From: Botryllus schlosseri
Lineage: Eukaryota
Assembly: GCA_051294905.1 (NCBI GenBank)
Contig: CM119373.1
Coordinates: 5,644,001 to 5,708,000, forward strand
Reading direction: 5' to 3'
Length of the DNA: 64,000 bases
The notes beneath the pieces are model-generated. The model saw only the letters and a list, made by a program, of their open reading frames with translations. It made no database searches and was not told the DNA's origin. The first letter of the stretch is position 1, and every line of letters starts with the position of its first letter. The translations under genes were made by a program, and so were the position numbers. Positions 63,078-64,000 of this stretch are shown here, piece after piece.

Positions 63078-63772
63078 ATCTGGGCCGATGCTTTCACCCA
63101 TTTTTGGTTAGAGGATGCAGTCATCCGAGGATATTTCAAACACATACGTGATGCAAACTGTAGTTCATGGCAAGAAAAATAAATAATACATTCACTATCA
63201 GTTATAGGTCCAATGCTCCATTGAGCTTATCTAGTATGACTTGAAACTCATACAAGCTCGATAATTTGGATCAAGATTAAGATCTTAGGGGTGGCAGGCC
63301 TAATGATGATTCAGAACGTAGAGTAGTCCATAACGAAAGTTGGATGATCTGACATAGGCTTTGAGACTTGGAAGAGAAATATGCGAAACTTTTAGCATCC
63401 TTGCGAATTGAGAAAAGATTACTTGGCGACAAAGCGAAGATATCTCACTTTCGATCATGAGAAACGGCGTTTTCATCGTAGGGCCACTTTCATTAGATTT
63501 GTGTATTGCCGTGATACTGGTATCGGCGTGATGTTGTTATCATGAATTGCTTGGAATCCCGATTTACAACTAGCGTGAATGGCAAATGTCTATTCGTAGC
63601 TCAAAAAGGTTCCTAAATTGTGACATTCTCCTAAATGGCAACGTCTTAGGTGCAGTGACTATTGTACAGAAACATTGAATCGTTGCAATAACACAAGCAC
63701 GATTGGGATTGGATCATATGTGTCAGCTTTAAAATATTGAGTTTATTAGTGGTCAGAAAATAAGAATGCACA

Positions 63773-64000
63773 TTAGGGCTGTTCAAAAATAACCTTTTTT
63801 CCTGAATCTTGCGAGTTACTTGATTAAATCGTTAGGTTGCCTTGAAAAATGACGCACACCAAATTTGAATTCATTCCAACCAATATTCGCGGATTTCGTA
63901 GAGTTTGAAAATTTTGAATTTGCCTAAAAATGCCCAAAAAAAAATTTTTCAAATTTTTCTGCCAACCCTATGAAATTGTTGCGCTGTCTTCAAAAACGAT
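63773..64000 (+). mobile_element. Start of a DNA element running off the window
   Basis: ttagggctgttcaaaaataac..., homologous to rc of 33650-33770. Confidence 0.55.

Overview
AT-rich eukaryotic (metazoan) genomic DNA with short GT-AG introns and no prokaryotic features. Gene content and repeat landscape fit a marine invertebrate such as an ascidian (inference). Two convergent innate-immunity-type host genes can be reconstructed by hand: a 4-exon, 261-aa collectin-like gene on + (26673-45870; signal peptide, 10 Gly-X-Y triplets, neck, non-canonical C-type lectin domain) and a 5'-incomplete pentraxin-domain gene on - (58662-61882). Most of the rest is transposable elements. These include an ~8 kb CAC...GTG CMC/EnSpm-type element carrying a spliced, pseudogenised SAMD3-like accessory gene (5286-13324), a 6.4 kb hAT-Buster element with perfect TIRs/TSD and a damaged transposase (50086-56518) that contains a long-TIR element, more than 20 hAT-type MITEs (many with recoverable 8-bp TSDs, nested up to four deep), a pogo-like and a Kolobok-like MITE, and two tRNA-derived SINEs. 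The most unusual observations are minimal hammerhead-ribozyme motifs (one family forms a ~400 bp palindrome with a hammerhead core at each outer end), evidence that the collectin gene is a splice chimera of two tandem copies, and a MITE-in-MITE composite present twice. All alignments and translations were done by eye and family names come from recalled motifs, not database searches.
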